Source of the DNA: Octopus vulgaris
Lineage: Eukaryota
DNA length: 64,000 nt
Direction of reading: 5' to 3'
Assembly (NCBI GenBank): GCA_951406725.2
Contig: OX597825.1
Location: 69,254,001-69,318,000, forward strand
Positions 1 to 13,909 of this stretch are shown here, piece after piece. The position numbers and the translations under genes are program-made. The notes under the pieces were generated by a model, which was not told the DNA's origin, did no database searches, and saw nothing but the letters and a program-made list of their open reading frames with translations. How positions within the stretch are numbered: position 1 is the first letter of the stretch; every line of letters starts with the position of its first letter.

Positions 1-95
1 AGGCACTTCTAGATTACGGTGGCGTAGACAAACGTTCATTGACAAACGCAAAGACTCACAGACACCACTCTCACACACACATACACACACACAAA

Positions 96-150
<55 letters not shown>

Positions 151-404
151 GGAGAGATATGTATATATATTATATGCCTGGCTTCCCCATAGTTCCGTGT
201 CACTCGTAACGCCGGGTTCGAGCGTTCACTGATATTCTCTTGAACCTGGATCTACGGGTTTGCGATACGAAGTTCGAAGCCACACACTCATGACAACACC
301 TAATGTACAATTTTTCTGCGGTGAAGTTCACTTATGGATATTGAGAAATATTTTGGGTTTTATTAAGTATGTTCTAGAATCGATCTCTGCGACCGCCATC
401 ATTT

Positions 405-680
405 GGAGTGTTAATTTAAGTTAATTTTTTGGCTCAAAAAGCAAAAGCAAGGCCATGTAGGGAGACATGGAGTTATGTACTGGGAGGGTGTTCATGCAAA
501 GAGTTCAGGCGATTTCTGGTCAAGAGAGACTTTGAACCGAGCGGTCATCGGTATCTTCACTATCTCATCCGGCAGCTTATTACACGGATCCGCAACCCGG
601 GTGGAGAAAGCCGCTCTCCTTCGATTGAGATGAAATCGTCGCAGATAGAGCTTTTCGGAGTGACCCCGCAGCCGACGTGT
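405..680 (-). mobile_element. 3' remnant of a CR1-group LINE (ORF2 C-terminus and 3' UTR)
   Basis: Minus-strand translation RRAAFSTRVADPCNKLPDEIVKIPMTARFKVSLD fits the CR1-type C-terminal pattern FSxRVxxxWNxLPxxxVxxxxxxxFKxxLD. A CATGGCC-containing tail follows. Confidence 0.7.
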
Positions 681-681
681 G

Positions 682-782
<101 letters not shown>

Positions 783-855
783 CGAGAATACATTACAAAC
801 AATGAATGAAGTAAACACGAAATGAAAAAAATCTTATAAATAAAAGCTCGTTGAA

Positions 856-1045
856 AACTATGTTGTACCGAATATTCAAATTTGTGAACTATAAATTTTC
901 AATAGTAAAAAGTTCAGAATATAAATTTTCCTGAAATCTTCAATTTATGAAAAATGTCGCTTTCGTTTTAAAGTGAAAGATAGGAGTAAGTGAAAGATGT
1001 ATGTACGTGTATATGAAATAAAGTTATGTGTAAGTGTGTGTGTGA

Positions 1046-1088
<43 letters not shown>

Positions 1089-2150
1089 CGAGAGCGAGAG
1101 AGTGCGTGAAGGGGAGTGTCGTCATATATACATACATACATGAATAAATATGCATAAATTTGTTTTGTATGTATGTCCGCGCGTGCGTTAGTGTGTGTGA
1201 GTGTGAGAGTTAGAGTGCCACTTAGACATTATTCTATCTTAGTCTCACACACATACAGAAAAGATGTATGCATATGTATTTATGTATATACGTGTACACA
1301 CACAGACACATACACATACATAAATGTATACAAACGTACATACAAAACCACACGCGTGCGTGTGTGACTGACTAGAAATACATAGAACTGAACACGAAGC
1401 GCAAAAAGTAAACAAATAGAAAAAGATTACAGAAATTAACTAAGTGTGCGAGCTCAAGCGAAAGAATGTCAAACTATCTTCTACCGAATATTTAAATTTG
1501 TGAACTTGAAATATTCAATAAGAAAATGAAATTCAGAAAGTAAATTTTCTTTAAAACTTTAATTTATAAAATATCTCACGGGCTTAGGAAATATTTTCCA
1601 GTAATTTATCGTAGTTGTAATATATCTGCAATTTAAAGAAACTTCAAGGTAACCCTAGCACGTTTAAATTGTTAGAAATAGCAGACATCACGTAGTTATC
1701 TTAAGGCTTATAGCGTTCCAAACAGCCATACCAATAAAATGACTCGTTAATTTTTAAAAAAAATTATACCGGTATATTATATCATGGTCATACAGTCATA
1801 CACCTGTTTTGTCTAATCGCATTCAATCATTCCTTAAATAAACAATTTTGTTTTACATTACGTGCATAGAATAAACTGTCGGTTTTGCAAATAGTGAATT
1901 AAATCTTGAAATAAAAAACATTGAATTTAGTATCTATTAAATTATCATTACTGAAAGTAGAAGCGAAAAGGAGTGAGAGAATTTAGCATATGAAAACAGA
2001 AAATTTCGCCTGGAACGATTTAATATTATTTATTAAATCTACTCTGCAGTGAATTCAACGAATAACTAAATTTGTGGAAAACGTGAAGTTGAAATATTTA
2101 ATAAAATTCAGAAATCGAAATTACAGGAAACTTTTGGAAGATGTATTTAT
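856..2150 (+). repeat. Three diverged copies of a ~95-bp AT-rich unit spaced ~600 bp apart
   Basis: Shared CGAATA..AAATTTGTG(A/G)A..TTCAGAA..AAATT at ~856-950, ~1471-1571 and ~2056-2150. Confidence 0.55.
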
Positions 2151-2397
2151 AAAAAAATTCTAGACAGTCAAGCCGTTAATAATTGCTTTCATTTAGCAAC
2201 TGTTATATAACTAATTAATAAGCAGCTTTTGCATTATAATATTGATGAACATATATATTACACTTTTGGCGCTTCAAAACAATGATTTCTCTTATTGCAT
2301 TGAGGTACCATTTTCTATCGTTAATCAAATTTGTGGTATTTTTGATGACGCGGGTATACTAATCTACCTACCTACCTACCTACCTACCTACCTACAA

Positions 2398-3355
<958 letters not shown>

Positions 3356-3619
3356 AGTAAAAGATTCGATTGGATTTAGACTCCTTGATATTCTGAGTTT
3401 CAAGCATGTCTTTGGCCTTGTGCCAAAATTTGAAACACATATTTACATTGATTCCAAATCACATGACTCCGAATCCAGTCTCACTTCGTAGCACCTTGGC
3501 GAAATGCTTTCCATTTCGGTCCTTGGGGTCAGACCTCAATGACCGAAGACTATCTCCACGCTGAGTCTGAATCAAACTGTTTTCATATATACATGTAACC
3601 CCCAAAAATCTGTTGAGTG

Positions 3620-3789
3620 CCCTTCGTTGACGATTTTTTCCCTCTGTCTTCCCTTCTCTGGATATTTCCTTCTCCTATGTTTCTGACGTTAAACCCTCCT
3701 TCTTTCCTTCTTTCCTGAGCGTCCAATAATACTATATTTGTTCCATGTCCTCGCGTTGTTGTGTTTTTTTTGTGCTTTCTTGTTTGGAT

Positions 3790-3793
<4 letters not shown>
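3620..3793 (+). mobile_element. Interspersed repeat abutting (TA)n, probably a PLE pLTR fragment; second copy at 20897-20995 (-)
   Basis: CCTGAGCGTCCAATAATACTATATTTGTTCCA..TTGGATTAAC is found in reverse at 20897-20995. Both copies sit next to TA-rich tracts. Confidence 0.6.
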
Positions 3794-3831
<38 letters not shown>

Positions 3832-3928
3832 TAGATAGAATTGGTAACACAACAAAAGAATGAAAGGGACCTCAATAATAGAGGAATTTATCTGTTAATG
3901 TAATATGTGACAATTATTCGGTAGCCAT

Positions 3929-3990
3929 TATAAAGCTCCGAGTTTCGGATGTTGAGGTGGAAATCAACGCCGCCATCTCTTCAGTTATCC
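3929..3990 (-). ncRNA. Type I hammerhead ribozyme motif, cleavage triplet mutated
   Basis: Minus strand GAUAA-CUGAAGA-GAUG..CAUC-C-GAAAC-UCGGA-GCU-UUAU, with GCU in place of GUH. Confidence 0.6.
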
Positions 3991-4018
3991 CGCCATCGCA
4001 AGAAATGCCCGATGACCG

Positions 4019-4081
4019 GATAACTGAAGAAATGGTGGCGTAGATTTCGACCCCGACATCCGAAACTCGAAGTTTTTTATC
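4019..4081 (+). ncRNA. Type I hammerhead ribozyme motif
   Basis: GAUAA-CUGAAGA(4024-4030)-AAUG..CAUC-C-GAAAC-UCGAA-GUU-UUUUAUC. Stem I is GAUAA/UUAUC with two extra U residues. Confidence 0.65.
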
Positions 4082-4157
4082 ATGGCTCCCGATAAATTAC
4101 TCTATTTATATATATATAGGGGTCTCTTTCATTCTTTTGTTGTCTTACCATTTCTAT

Positions 4158-4198
<41 letters not shown>

Positions 4199-4202
<4 letters not shown>

Positions 4203-4468
4203 TAAAAACGGTAAGATAACAAAAGAAAGAAAGAGATCTCAATATTAAGTAAATAGAGGAAATTTATCTATAAAATAATATGTTACAATTACTCAATAGA
4301 CAAGATAAAACTCTGAGTTTCAGATGCCGTAGAGGAAATCCACATCACCATCTCTTCGGTTATCTGATGGCCAGATAACCGAAGAGATGGTGATGTGGAT
4401 TTCCTCTTCGGCATCTGAAACTCAGAGTTTTATCTTGTCTATTGAGTAATTGTAACATATTATTTTAT

Positions 4469-4469
<1 letters not shown>
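4199..4469. mobile_element. Second inverted pair of the same PLE/HHR family, with a ~98-bp near-perfect palindrome
   Basis: ~4270-4366 and 4372-4469 are reverse complements with one mismatch and a 5-nt spacer. Each arm carries GAUAA-CCGAAGA-GAUG..CAUC-U-GAAAC-UCAGA-GUU-UUAUC (plus copy 4374-4434, minus copy 4304-4364; core U4C). Confidence 0.85.
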
Positions 4470-4509
<40 letters not shown>

Positions 4510-5108
4510 CATACACACTCGCATACACATACGACGCACACACACACACACACACTTTCTCTCTCTGTCAGACACATACACACATGGAAATTTATATTCA
4601 GTCACGTACGTACATACATATTGTCATCACCTGTTAATTATTATAAATCTACACGGAAATGTCTCTTTTTTTTTCGAATTAGATATTAGTTTTCGTTTAC
4701 AAGATTCTCACTAACAACATTTCGTTTGTTTTAAATTGCTTAACCAACAAAATGCAAGCAGGTGTGCTCATATCAAATTCTTAGTACTTCACAGAGAGAA
4801 GGCTAAATTACTTCTTCATTGCTGTGTTTATACAGCTTCTCGTATTTAGCTTCGTGATCGTGTGTTAAACGGCATATCTTGGATTAAGTTCAGTCCTATA
4901 CTTTATTGACTACTTACGTCAACCTGCATCACGTAATGTTATTCCGTCATAAATAATTGCCAAATAATTTATTGTTTCTTCTAGAGAAGAATATAAATGC
5001 GATTTTGATGTTTATGACTTAGGTGCAGAAACATTAATGTTGGGGGAAATATCTGGTTAAAGTTAAGTTCTATAATCTTTGAACATTTATGTCAAAATTG
5101 GTTTGTAA

Positions 5109-5262
5109 TGCAGGTATGGTTGTGTGTTAAGACGTTTATTACTCAATCGCATAGCTTCGGGTGCAGTCTCACAGCTTGGAAACTCAGGGAAGCGTTTTTT
5201 ATTATAGGTTGAAACCAACCAAACCTTTGTGAGTGGAATTGGTAGACAGAAACTGAGAGAAG
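5109..5262 (+). mobile_element. SINE family A, degenerate 5' part
   Basis: Similar to the head of 21623-22031, including GTGAGTGGA.TTGGTAGAC.GAAACTGA. Confidence 0.6.
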
Positions 5263-5280
5263 AATGCTATATCTATATTA

Positions 5281-5404
<124 letters not shown>

Positions 5405-5464
5405 CATGTGTCTGTCTGTCTGTCCATCCATCCATCTCTATATATATATATATATATATATATG

Positions 5465-5792
5465 TACTCTTTACTCTCTTTTACTCTTTTAAATGTTTCA
5501 GTCATTTGACTGCGGCCATGCTGGAGCACCGCTTTTTAGTCGAGCAAATCGACCCCGGGACATATTCTTTGTAAGCCTAGTACTTATTCTATCGGTCTCT
5601 TTTGGCGAACCGCTAAGTGACGGGGACGTAAACACACCAGCATCGGTTGTCAAGAGATGTTGGGGGGGACAAACGCAGACACACAAACATATACACACAC
5701 ATACGTATATATATACATATATACGACAGGCTTCTTTCAGTTTCCGTCTACCAAAGCCACTCACAAGGCATTGGTCGGCCCGGGGCTATAGC
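5465..5792 (-). mobile_element. SINE family A, 5'-truncated
   Basis: High identity to the reverse complement of 21623-22031. Confidence 0.9.
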
Positions 5793-5879
5793 ATATACTA
5801 CTAATATAGGATGAAGTATTTTTACAGAAAAAAATTTCATCAAATAAGTGGCAGCATATTAAAGTACCTTTAAATGTTA

Positions 5880-6287
5880 TACTCTTTTACTTGTTTCAGT
5901 CATTTGACTACGGCCATGCTGGAGCATCACCTTTAGTCGAGCAAATCGACCCTGGGACTTATTCTTTGTAAGCCCAGTACTTATTCTATCGGTCTCTTTT
6001 GCCGAACCGCTAAGTAACGTGGACGTAAACACACAAGCATCGGTTGTCAAGCGATGGTTGGGGGACAAACACAGACACACAAACATACACACACAACACA
6101 TACATATATATACATACATATATACGACAGGCTTGTTTCAGTTTCCGTCTACTAAATCCACTCACAAGGCATTGGTTGGCCCGGGGCTATAGCAGAAGAC
6201 ACTTGCTCAAGATGCCAAGTAGTGGCATTGAACCCGGAACCATGTGGTTGGTAAGTAAGCTACTTACCACACAGCCACTCCTGCGCC
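5880..6287 (-). mobile_element. SINE family A, full length
   Basis: tRNA-like head (TGGCTGTGTGG A box, GGTTCAAT B box), internal microsatellite and AGTAAAAG tail. Confidence 0.92.
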
Positions 6288-6372
6288 TATAATATATAAT
6301 ATATATATATTATATATTATATATATATATATATTATATATATATAAATATATATATATATTATAATAAAAA

Positions 6373-6409
<37 letters not shown>

Positions 6410-6433
6410 AATATACATACATGCACATACACA

Positions 6434-6486
<53 letters not shown>

Positions 6487-6491
6487 TATAC

Positions 6492-6547
<56 letters not shown>

Positions 6548-6568
6548 CACTTGATGGGTTTCAGAATT

Positions 6569-6810
6569 GAGGCAATGGTGGTGCGTTGGGCTCACAATCA
6601 TAAGGTAGTGAATTCGATACCCGGACCGGGCTCTGTGTAATGTTCTTGGGCAAGACACATCATTTGACATTGCTTCAATTCACTCAGCTGGAATAGAGAG
6701 GGGAGGCTACTATACATGGGCGACTACTGGTCTTCCATAAACAACCTTGTCCGGATTTGTGCCCCGGATGGCTACTTTCATGCAATCCCATGATCTTTCA
6801 AATCGAAGGG
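6569..6810 (+). mobile_element. SINE family C, internally deleted
   Basis: Homologous to 58654-58985. Confidence 0.75.
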
Positions 6811-6858
6811 TATGTACATATCCGTATGTACAAATGCGAATACACACACATACACGCA

Positions 6859-6904
<46 letters not shown>

Positions 6905-7466
6905 CTAACGCACACACTGATGCATATATATATATATTTCAACGCAAACACACAACTATTTCTAGTTATATATATTAGCTTCTACTGCACTAAGCATACA
7001 CGCAAATATAGATTCAAATACATACTATAATGTATTGCATATTGTAAAGATTATTTGCCTCTTTTTAAGAACAGGTGGTTATTTAGAGTAATGCACGGGT
7101 ACTGATTCGAAATTTCCTCTTATAATATGTCTCACGTAAAAGCTTTTTAGAAACGTATTTTTAAACGCAAACATATTGCATATAATACGAAGATATTAGT
7201 TGAAGTGAATTTGCAAGTATAAGCTATAATAGCTACAATACTTATTATTTCTTAATGGAATGGCTACACTTTTTCAACAACGCATAATTTGCCATATTTA
7301 TTTATATCTTTACCAGAGCATCTGTATATTTGTAGGTTCGGGTTCTATCTCACTATATGGGATCTTGGGTTGCTGCTTTCTACTCTAGCTGCAGCTCAAC
7401 CTATGCGTTGAGTGGATTTGGTAGACGAGCACTGTGAAAACTCGTCGTGTATGCGTGTCTATCTAT

Positions 7467-7630
<164 letters not shown>

Positions 7631-7796
7631 CTATATCTCTATATATATATCTATATCTATACCTATATCTATATACATACATATATATATATATATATAA
7701 TAACAAAGGGTAAAATTAATTAAGAAGTAATCAGTAATTTCACCAAGTAGAATTCGGCATGAAAAAGACCATTTCATGGTAAGTTTAAGTAATATT

Positions 7797-7908
7797 TTAT
7801 AATTAAGGTTCAGCAGAGATTTGCTTCACTACATACCGAAGTTTAGAAATAGAAGTAAAAAAATCTTAGCTATTCCTTAAGCAAATCTCCGCTGAACCCT
7901 AATTATAA
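7797..7908. repeat. 30-bp inverted repeat with a 52-nt spacer inside a TA-flanked element
   Basis: TTATAATTAAGGTTCAGCAGAGATTTGCTT pairs with AAGCAAATCTCCGCTGAACCCTAATTATAA (2 mismatches). Confidence 0.75.
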
Positions 7909-7969
7909 AGTATATATATAAACTTACTTGGAGGATAAGAAACGACGCGAGGCGCTCAGTCATATAATA

Positions 7970-8034
7970 ACAATTTAATAAATAAAACATATGCATACAT
8001 ACATATATGTACATACCTACATCTATATGTATAT

Positions 8035-8111
<77 letters not shown>

Positions 8112-8207
8112 TACAGGACACCACAAATAAACGTAGAACACAACGAGAAACGAAAACATAAAAACAAACAAGGATACGGACTTTTTTTAACAACGTGGTG
8201 TCCTGTA

Positions 8208-8263
<56 letters not shown>

Positions 8264-8337
8264 TGTATATATATATATAGATGTAGGTATGTACATATAT
8301 GTATGTATGTATGCATACGTTTTATTTGTTAAATTGT
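7970..8337. repeat. Nested inverted repeats: outer ~75-bp arms, (TA)n, inner ~104-bp element with 17-bp terminal inverted repeats
   Basis: Outer arms ~7970-8045 and ~8260-8337. Inner 8108-8211 is bounded by TGAGTACAGGACACCAC / GTGGTGTCCTGTAATCA. Confidence 0.75.
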
Positions 8338-9027
8338 ATATATATATATATATATGAAATCTGTCTACAAAAAATCTGGCACGCAAAATCTCATTGTATA
8401 TTACATACTTTTGGTTAATTGCCTCAAATTGGGAAGACAGAGTAAAAAAGTTATTGTTTTATTAATCGCGCAATTTCACTCCCTAATTCCTGTCCTAGCG
8501 TCTTATATAAGTACTCTAACAACTTTCCATTGCTTTGCTATTGCAGAAGACATCAGGTTTACGCCTGCATTCCCCTCTCTCACTACTATCAGCCTTATGA
8601 AATTATAAGTTTAACTTGATAATGATAAACTACCTACAAATACATTATCAAACTTTCTCTGGACTTTCTCTGATATCTGAAAACAGAATAATTTAATGCT
8701 GAAAAAATATGGAAGTATAAACAGTAATTTATATTAGTTTTGTATACCAATTAGATTGAGAAAAGAATCTCAGTGAGATATATTATAAATTGCTTTCCGA
8801 CTTCATAACATTTTAAATTCTACAAGTTCTTCTTTTTAAGCTGTAGGTTATCTGTATTATAATTTTTCACAGACAATAAAACTTGTCAACTGATAATTTC
8901 ACTATTTTAAGAGCCGACACCAAATAATTACTTTCCTTAATGGCGTTAATTCTGGAAAATGTATTCTCGCACTTCCACTGTATGGTATCTAAGTGGTATT
9001 GCTATCCGTTTTTATTATCAATCTATT

Positions 9028-9240
9028 TAGGTGGTGAGATAGTAAAATCGTTAGCACGACACGCAAAATGCTTTTACGTCCGTTTTCTGAACTAAAGTTC
9101 CGTCGAGGTCGACCTCACTTTTCTACTTTTCCTTTTCGTGGTTGATAAAGTATGTTCCAATTTAGCAGTGGGGGCAATGTAGTCGACTTCCTCCCGTATT
9201 CCAAACCTGCTGGTCTTGTGCCAAAAACTTGAAACCATTA
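9028..9240 (+). mobile_element. SINE family D, degenerate
   Basis: Homologous to 28851-29063. Confidence 0.7.
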
Positions 9241-9269
9241 TTAATCTATTACTACATTCTAACTCATGT

Positions 9270-9368
9270 ATTCAACTTAGAATTGCTAAAATGAGAATTG
9301 GCTAAATTCAACTTAGAATTGCTAAAATGAGAATTGGTTAAATTCAACTTAGAATTGATTAAATTAGA
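9270..9368 (+). repeat. 36-bp tandem repeat, ~2.7 copies
   Basis: Unit ATTCAACTTAGAATTGCTAAAATGAGAATTGG(C/T)TAA. Confidence 0.9.
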
Positions 9369-9724
9369 AGCAGTTAGTGGTTGATAACGAAACAGCTAAA
9401 GCCTCTAGGTTTAGTAGTAAACTAATTTATTTGCCAACATAAAAAAATATACTTGCAGAAAGAAATTCAGTTTTGAGTGAGAGAACAGCTCAGTCGGTAA
9501 TTTTTCATAAGTGCCAAAAATGTGGAATTTTGTATTTGAAGCCTGTAGTATTTAGCCATAACATTTGGCGTAACATACAAAAAAATATGGTGCCATATTT
9601 GCAAGCAGTTCCCCAACAATGATCTCCAAATCACATTAGTTTTGCAGAAAACAAGCATTATATACAAACACATGCATGCACATATGTATATAATTATGTA
9701 TATGTTTGTATGTTTGTATATATA

Positions 9725-9933
9725 TACTCTTTTATTCTTTTACTTGTTTCAGTCAATTGGCTGCGGCCATACTGGAGCACCGCCTTTGGTCGGAGCAATC
9801 GACCCCAGGACCTCTCTTTGTAAGACTAGTACTTATTCTATCGGTCTCTCTTGCCGAACCGCTAAGTTACGGGGCGTAAACACACCCAACATCTGTTGTC
9901 AAGCGATGGTGGGGCGACAAACACACGAACGCA

Positions 9934-9988
<55 letters not shown>

Positions 9989-10140
9989 GGGCTCCTTTCA
10001 GTTTCCGTCTGCAAATTCACTCACAACGATTTGGTCGGCCCGAGGCTACTGAAGAGGATACTTGCCCAAGGTGCCACGCAGTGGTACTGGACTCGGAACC
10101 ATTTGGTTGGGAAGTAAGCTTCTTACCACTCAGCAACGCC
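9725..10140 (-). mobile_element. SINE family A, full length, diverged
   Basis: Homologous to 21623-22031. Confidence 0.88.
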
Positions 10141-10152
10141 TATACACATACA

Positions 10153-10251
<99 letters not shown>

Positions 10252-10265
10252 ACATATACATACAT

Positions 10266-10328
10266 ACTTTGATACTTTGATAGGTTTCGGCCATTATTGG
10301 CCCAGGCCATGTCTAACTTAATAGCACC
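10266..10328 (-). mobile_element. 63-nt extreme 3' end of the CR1-group LINE
   Basis: Identical by eye to ~49961-50023 and adjacent to a TA-rich tract. Confidence 0.9.
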
Positions 10329-10420
10329 TCTCGCTGGACCGCTGGTAGTGGAGAATTTTTTCTAGAATTTTTTGCTACCCTTATATTTATTAATAAATAT
10401 ATATACATATATATATACAT

Positions 10421-10494
<74 letters not shown>

Positions 10495-10506
10495 ATATAC
10501 ATATAC

Positions 10507-10689
<183 letters not shown>

Positions 10690-11399
10690 TTGTATGTATA
10701 TATATATGTGTGTGTGTGTATGTATGCAAATGTATTTGTGCCTATATAAATACACATGCACAGCCACATATTTTAGACTTAACTCTGGTCTAACCACAAA
10801 AAAGTCTATATTCTAGGTATGTGCTGTTCAAAATTCAATTATCTCTATCTTTTACTTCTCATAAGGTGTCATTATTTTCCAGCAACTAATATTTGCAAAT
10901 ACATTTTTATTGTATGCAATAAGTTAGCCGTATCACAACACAGCATACTATTTTCCTTTTATATCCTGAATGATGTTGCTTCCAATTTATATTCTCTTCA
11001 ATATTTAAAGATTATCACTTCTTGAGACCTTCCTCTCAAAATAAAATTTAAAGATTTATTGTAAGTATTAAGTGTTGAAAGCAATGAAGTCGTATAAGTA
11101 TACTGCTGTTCAAAATATTGGATAAAAAAAAAAAATTAATAGCTTTTATAAGAAATCTATAGTATTTTTTGTGTAGAAAAACATTCTTCAAAGACCTGTT
11201 AATGTTTAAGTGAATTTTTTAAAAACATTTATCTGTATTTATTATATATGATTTCTTGCAGCGAAATATTGTCCTACAGTTTTTATTTCGTAACAAACTT
11301 AATAATAATAATTGTTTCAGAAGGAACAGAAGGTCTCAATTGTTTTTGTTTTGGTGAGTAGGGTGGTTGCAGGTGTTGTGGTGGGCAACAGTCGTTTAT

Positions 11400-12052
11400 T
11401 ATCATTATATCGACCCGAGTACATAACTGGTGTTTTATCGGCCTCGAACCTTTGAAAGTCAAAATTAACCTATGCAGAACTCACGGAAACGGAGATGAAA
11501 GTATCAACCATCTTTTATATGCGTGACGGAGGCCAGCACCCAACTGGTGCATATTTTATTGACCCAGAAAGTCAACCTCAGCGGATTTGAACTCAGAACA
11601 TAAAGACGAAGGAAATATCGTTAACTAGCAGTATCGCCCGGCGTTGCTCGGGTTTGTAAGGGAAATAACTATAAAGCATTTTTAGAGAGTTATAGCCAAA
11701 AAATAGAAAAAAATGGAAAAAAAAATTTTGGTAAACTTTTTTTGAGAGTTAAAAAGGTCGAGTTGCGTCCCCTAGACAGTCTGTGGTTTGTGTTTCTAAT
11801 TCTCGACCCCATGTCGAATTTATCGATTTTTTTCAGAAATGGGGGAACTTTTCAAAATTTTCGCTGCGTTAGTTTTGAATTATGACATTGGGCTATGTGT
11901 GTGTCAAGTTTCATCAGAATCGGTTGAAAGCCATGGTCAGGGTGAGGGTACAACCTGACAGACACACAGACACACAGACAGACAAACTGCCATTTATATA
12001 TAGAGAGATTACTTTTTCCTGTGTGCTAACTATTCTGCCAGCTCACCGCCTG
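11400..12052 (-). mobile_element. SINE family D fragments, one interrupted by a Helitron
   Basis: Family D sequence runs to 11624 and resumes at ~12009-12052 (GTGCTAAC..CTGCCAGCTCACCGCC). Confidence 0.7.
11625..12008 (-). mobile_element. Non-autonomous Helitron
   Basis: Minus strand starts TC and ends CTAG, with a subterminal hairpin CCCGAGCAACGCCGGG. It sits between A and T with no target duplication. Termini are shared with 45126-45516. Confidence 0.8.
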
Positions 12053-12161
12053 AATAAACTGACAAAGATATAGGATCTAATCACCCAGATATAATAATCA
12101 AGCCATAATAATAATAACCTAGAGTTCAGTGATAGTTCAGTGTTTTATATGTTGTATAGGA

Positions 12162-12254
12162 CATCCTGATGAGGGGAATACCAATTTTAAGTACTATTTT
12201 AAGTACTGTTATGTCTAATATTCATTGGCACATCCCCGAAACGGCCCGTAGATG
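12162..12254 (+). ncRNA. Type I hammerhead ribozyme with extended stem II
   Basis: CAUC-CUGAUGA(12166-12172)-GGGGA..UCCCC-GAAAC-GGCCC-GUA-GAUG. The core is canonical and cleavage is predicted after 12250. Confidence 0.85.
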
Positions 12255-13240
12255 GACTTCTGGAAATCTTATATTTTTGTAAGCTTGTATATGTATTATA
12301 TTCTATGTACTATTCGCCGGCATTTTATTCGTCTTTTGATATGCCATATTTTTATTTTATTATCATTATATTTATTTCTCTTATCCTAACAGTTTTAAGC
12401 GTGTTATATGCAAAATTTATATTTATATTTTTATTTGTATATGATATTTATATATTACTGAATTTTTTAATTTTTTAAATGTCGGACTGTTTAGATATAA
12501 ATTAGTTTATAAGATTTGTATGTGTTTGGTCTATCTCTGAATTTTGTGATGTTCCTGTGGTTGTTGCTCCTATTGCCTCCCCTTGGATAAAAAAGTGTAT
12601 ACAGCTCATTGGAGCACTTCTATTTCCAGTCCGTTGTATATCTTGAGCCTTGTTGTCACACAAGATATAACTTTATATTTTGTAATATATATACATATAT
12701 GCACACACACACATACACATACACATTCACGCTCACACACATGTACACTATCTCACACACACAAACACACACACACATATATGAATGTTGCACGATTCTG
12801 CTGTCATCACTAATATCTAGGTTTACTTCTTTAACAAAGAACGTTCGTTAATTGGCAATATTTATATACGATGAAGGCGTCAATATTTATTTTGTATCAC
12901 AAATATAGCTACTTTGAATCTAAACTGAAAATTAAAATCGCTTACCATAATTACTTCAATAGCAATTCTAAATATATGCTTTAGATAAATAAAGTAATTA
13001 ACTTGATGTCAAATTTTGTATTTATATGTTTATATGTGAATATGATTAATGTAGGTGCCACAGTGGTATGGGTGCGCGCGCATGTATAAACATAACGAAC
13101 ACACACACCACACACATATACGTAACATATATACACACATAAATACATATATATATATATATTTACATACGTACATGCATATATATATATTTACATACAT
13201 ACATATATATATTTACCTACATACATATATATATATTTAC

Positions 13241-13284
<44 letters not shown>

Positions 13285-13285
<1 letters not shown>

Positions 13286-13558
13286 GGAGGCGCAATGGCC
13301 CGGTGGTTAGGGCAGCGGACTCGCGGTCGTAGGTTCGCGGTTACGATTTCCAGACCGGGCGTTGTGAGTGTTTATTGAGCGAAAACACCTAAAAAGCTCC
13401 ACGAGGTTCCAGCAGAGTTTGTTGGCGATCCCTGCTGTACTCTTTCGCCACAGCTTTCTCTCACTTTTTCTTCTATTGGCCTACTCGCTTAGCCAGCGGG
13501 GTGGCGTCATTTGAAGGCTAAAACAATGCGAAGCGCATTGTGACCAGCGATGTGTAAC
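13285..13558 (+). mobile_element. SINE family B (tRNA-derived)
   Basis: Head TGGCCCGGTGGTTAGGGC..GGTTACGATTTC with A/B-box-like motifs. The 5' half is shared with 26806-27072. Confidence 0.8.
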
Positions 13559-13646
13559 GTGATATATATATATATATTATGTGTTTATATATACAGATAT
13601 TAAAAAGCATAAATGTGTGGATATTGATAAATAGGCTGATTAATAT

Positions 13647-13909
13647 ATGTATGCCCTATTCAACATTGTTTCGAAACAGATCAAAGAGGATAAAGATCCT
13701 ATCACCTTTAAACGGAATCTGAACAAATTCCTTCAAGGAATACCAAATGACCCACCTATACCTGGCTACAAATCACTCAACAAGAACTCCCTACTCGAAT
13801 GGAACATGATACAACAAAGCTTAACTAAAAATGGATTTAGCTAATCCTATCAGGCCGTGCTATTAAGTTAGACATGGCCTGGATCAATCTTTGGTCGAAA
13901 CGTATCCAA

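Larger units (their letters stand above)
3834..4158. mobile_element. Head-to-head inverted pair of HHR-bearing PLE pLTR fragments
   Basis: Arms 3834-3990 and 4018-4158 are imperfect reverse complements with a 27-nt spacer, flanked by (TA)n. A further family fragment lies at ~53400-53476. Confidence 0.8.
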
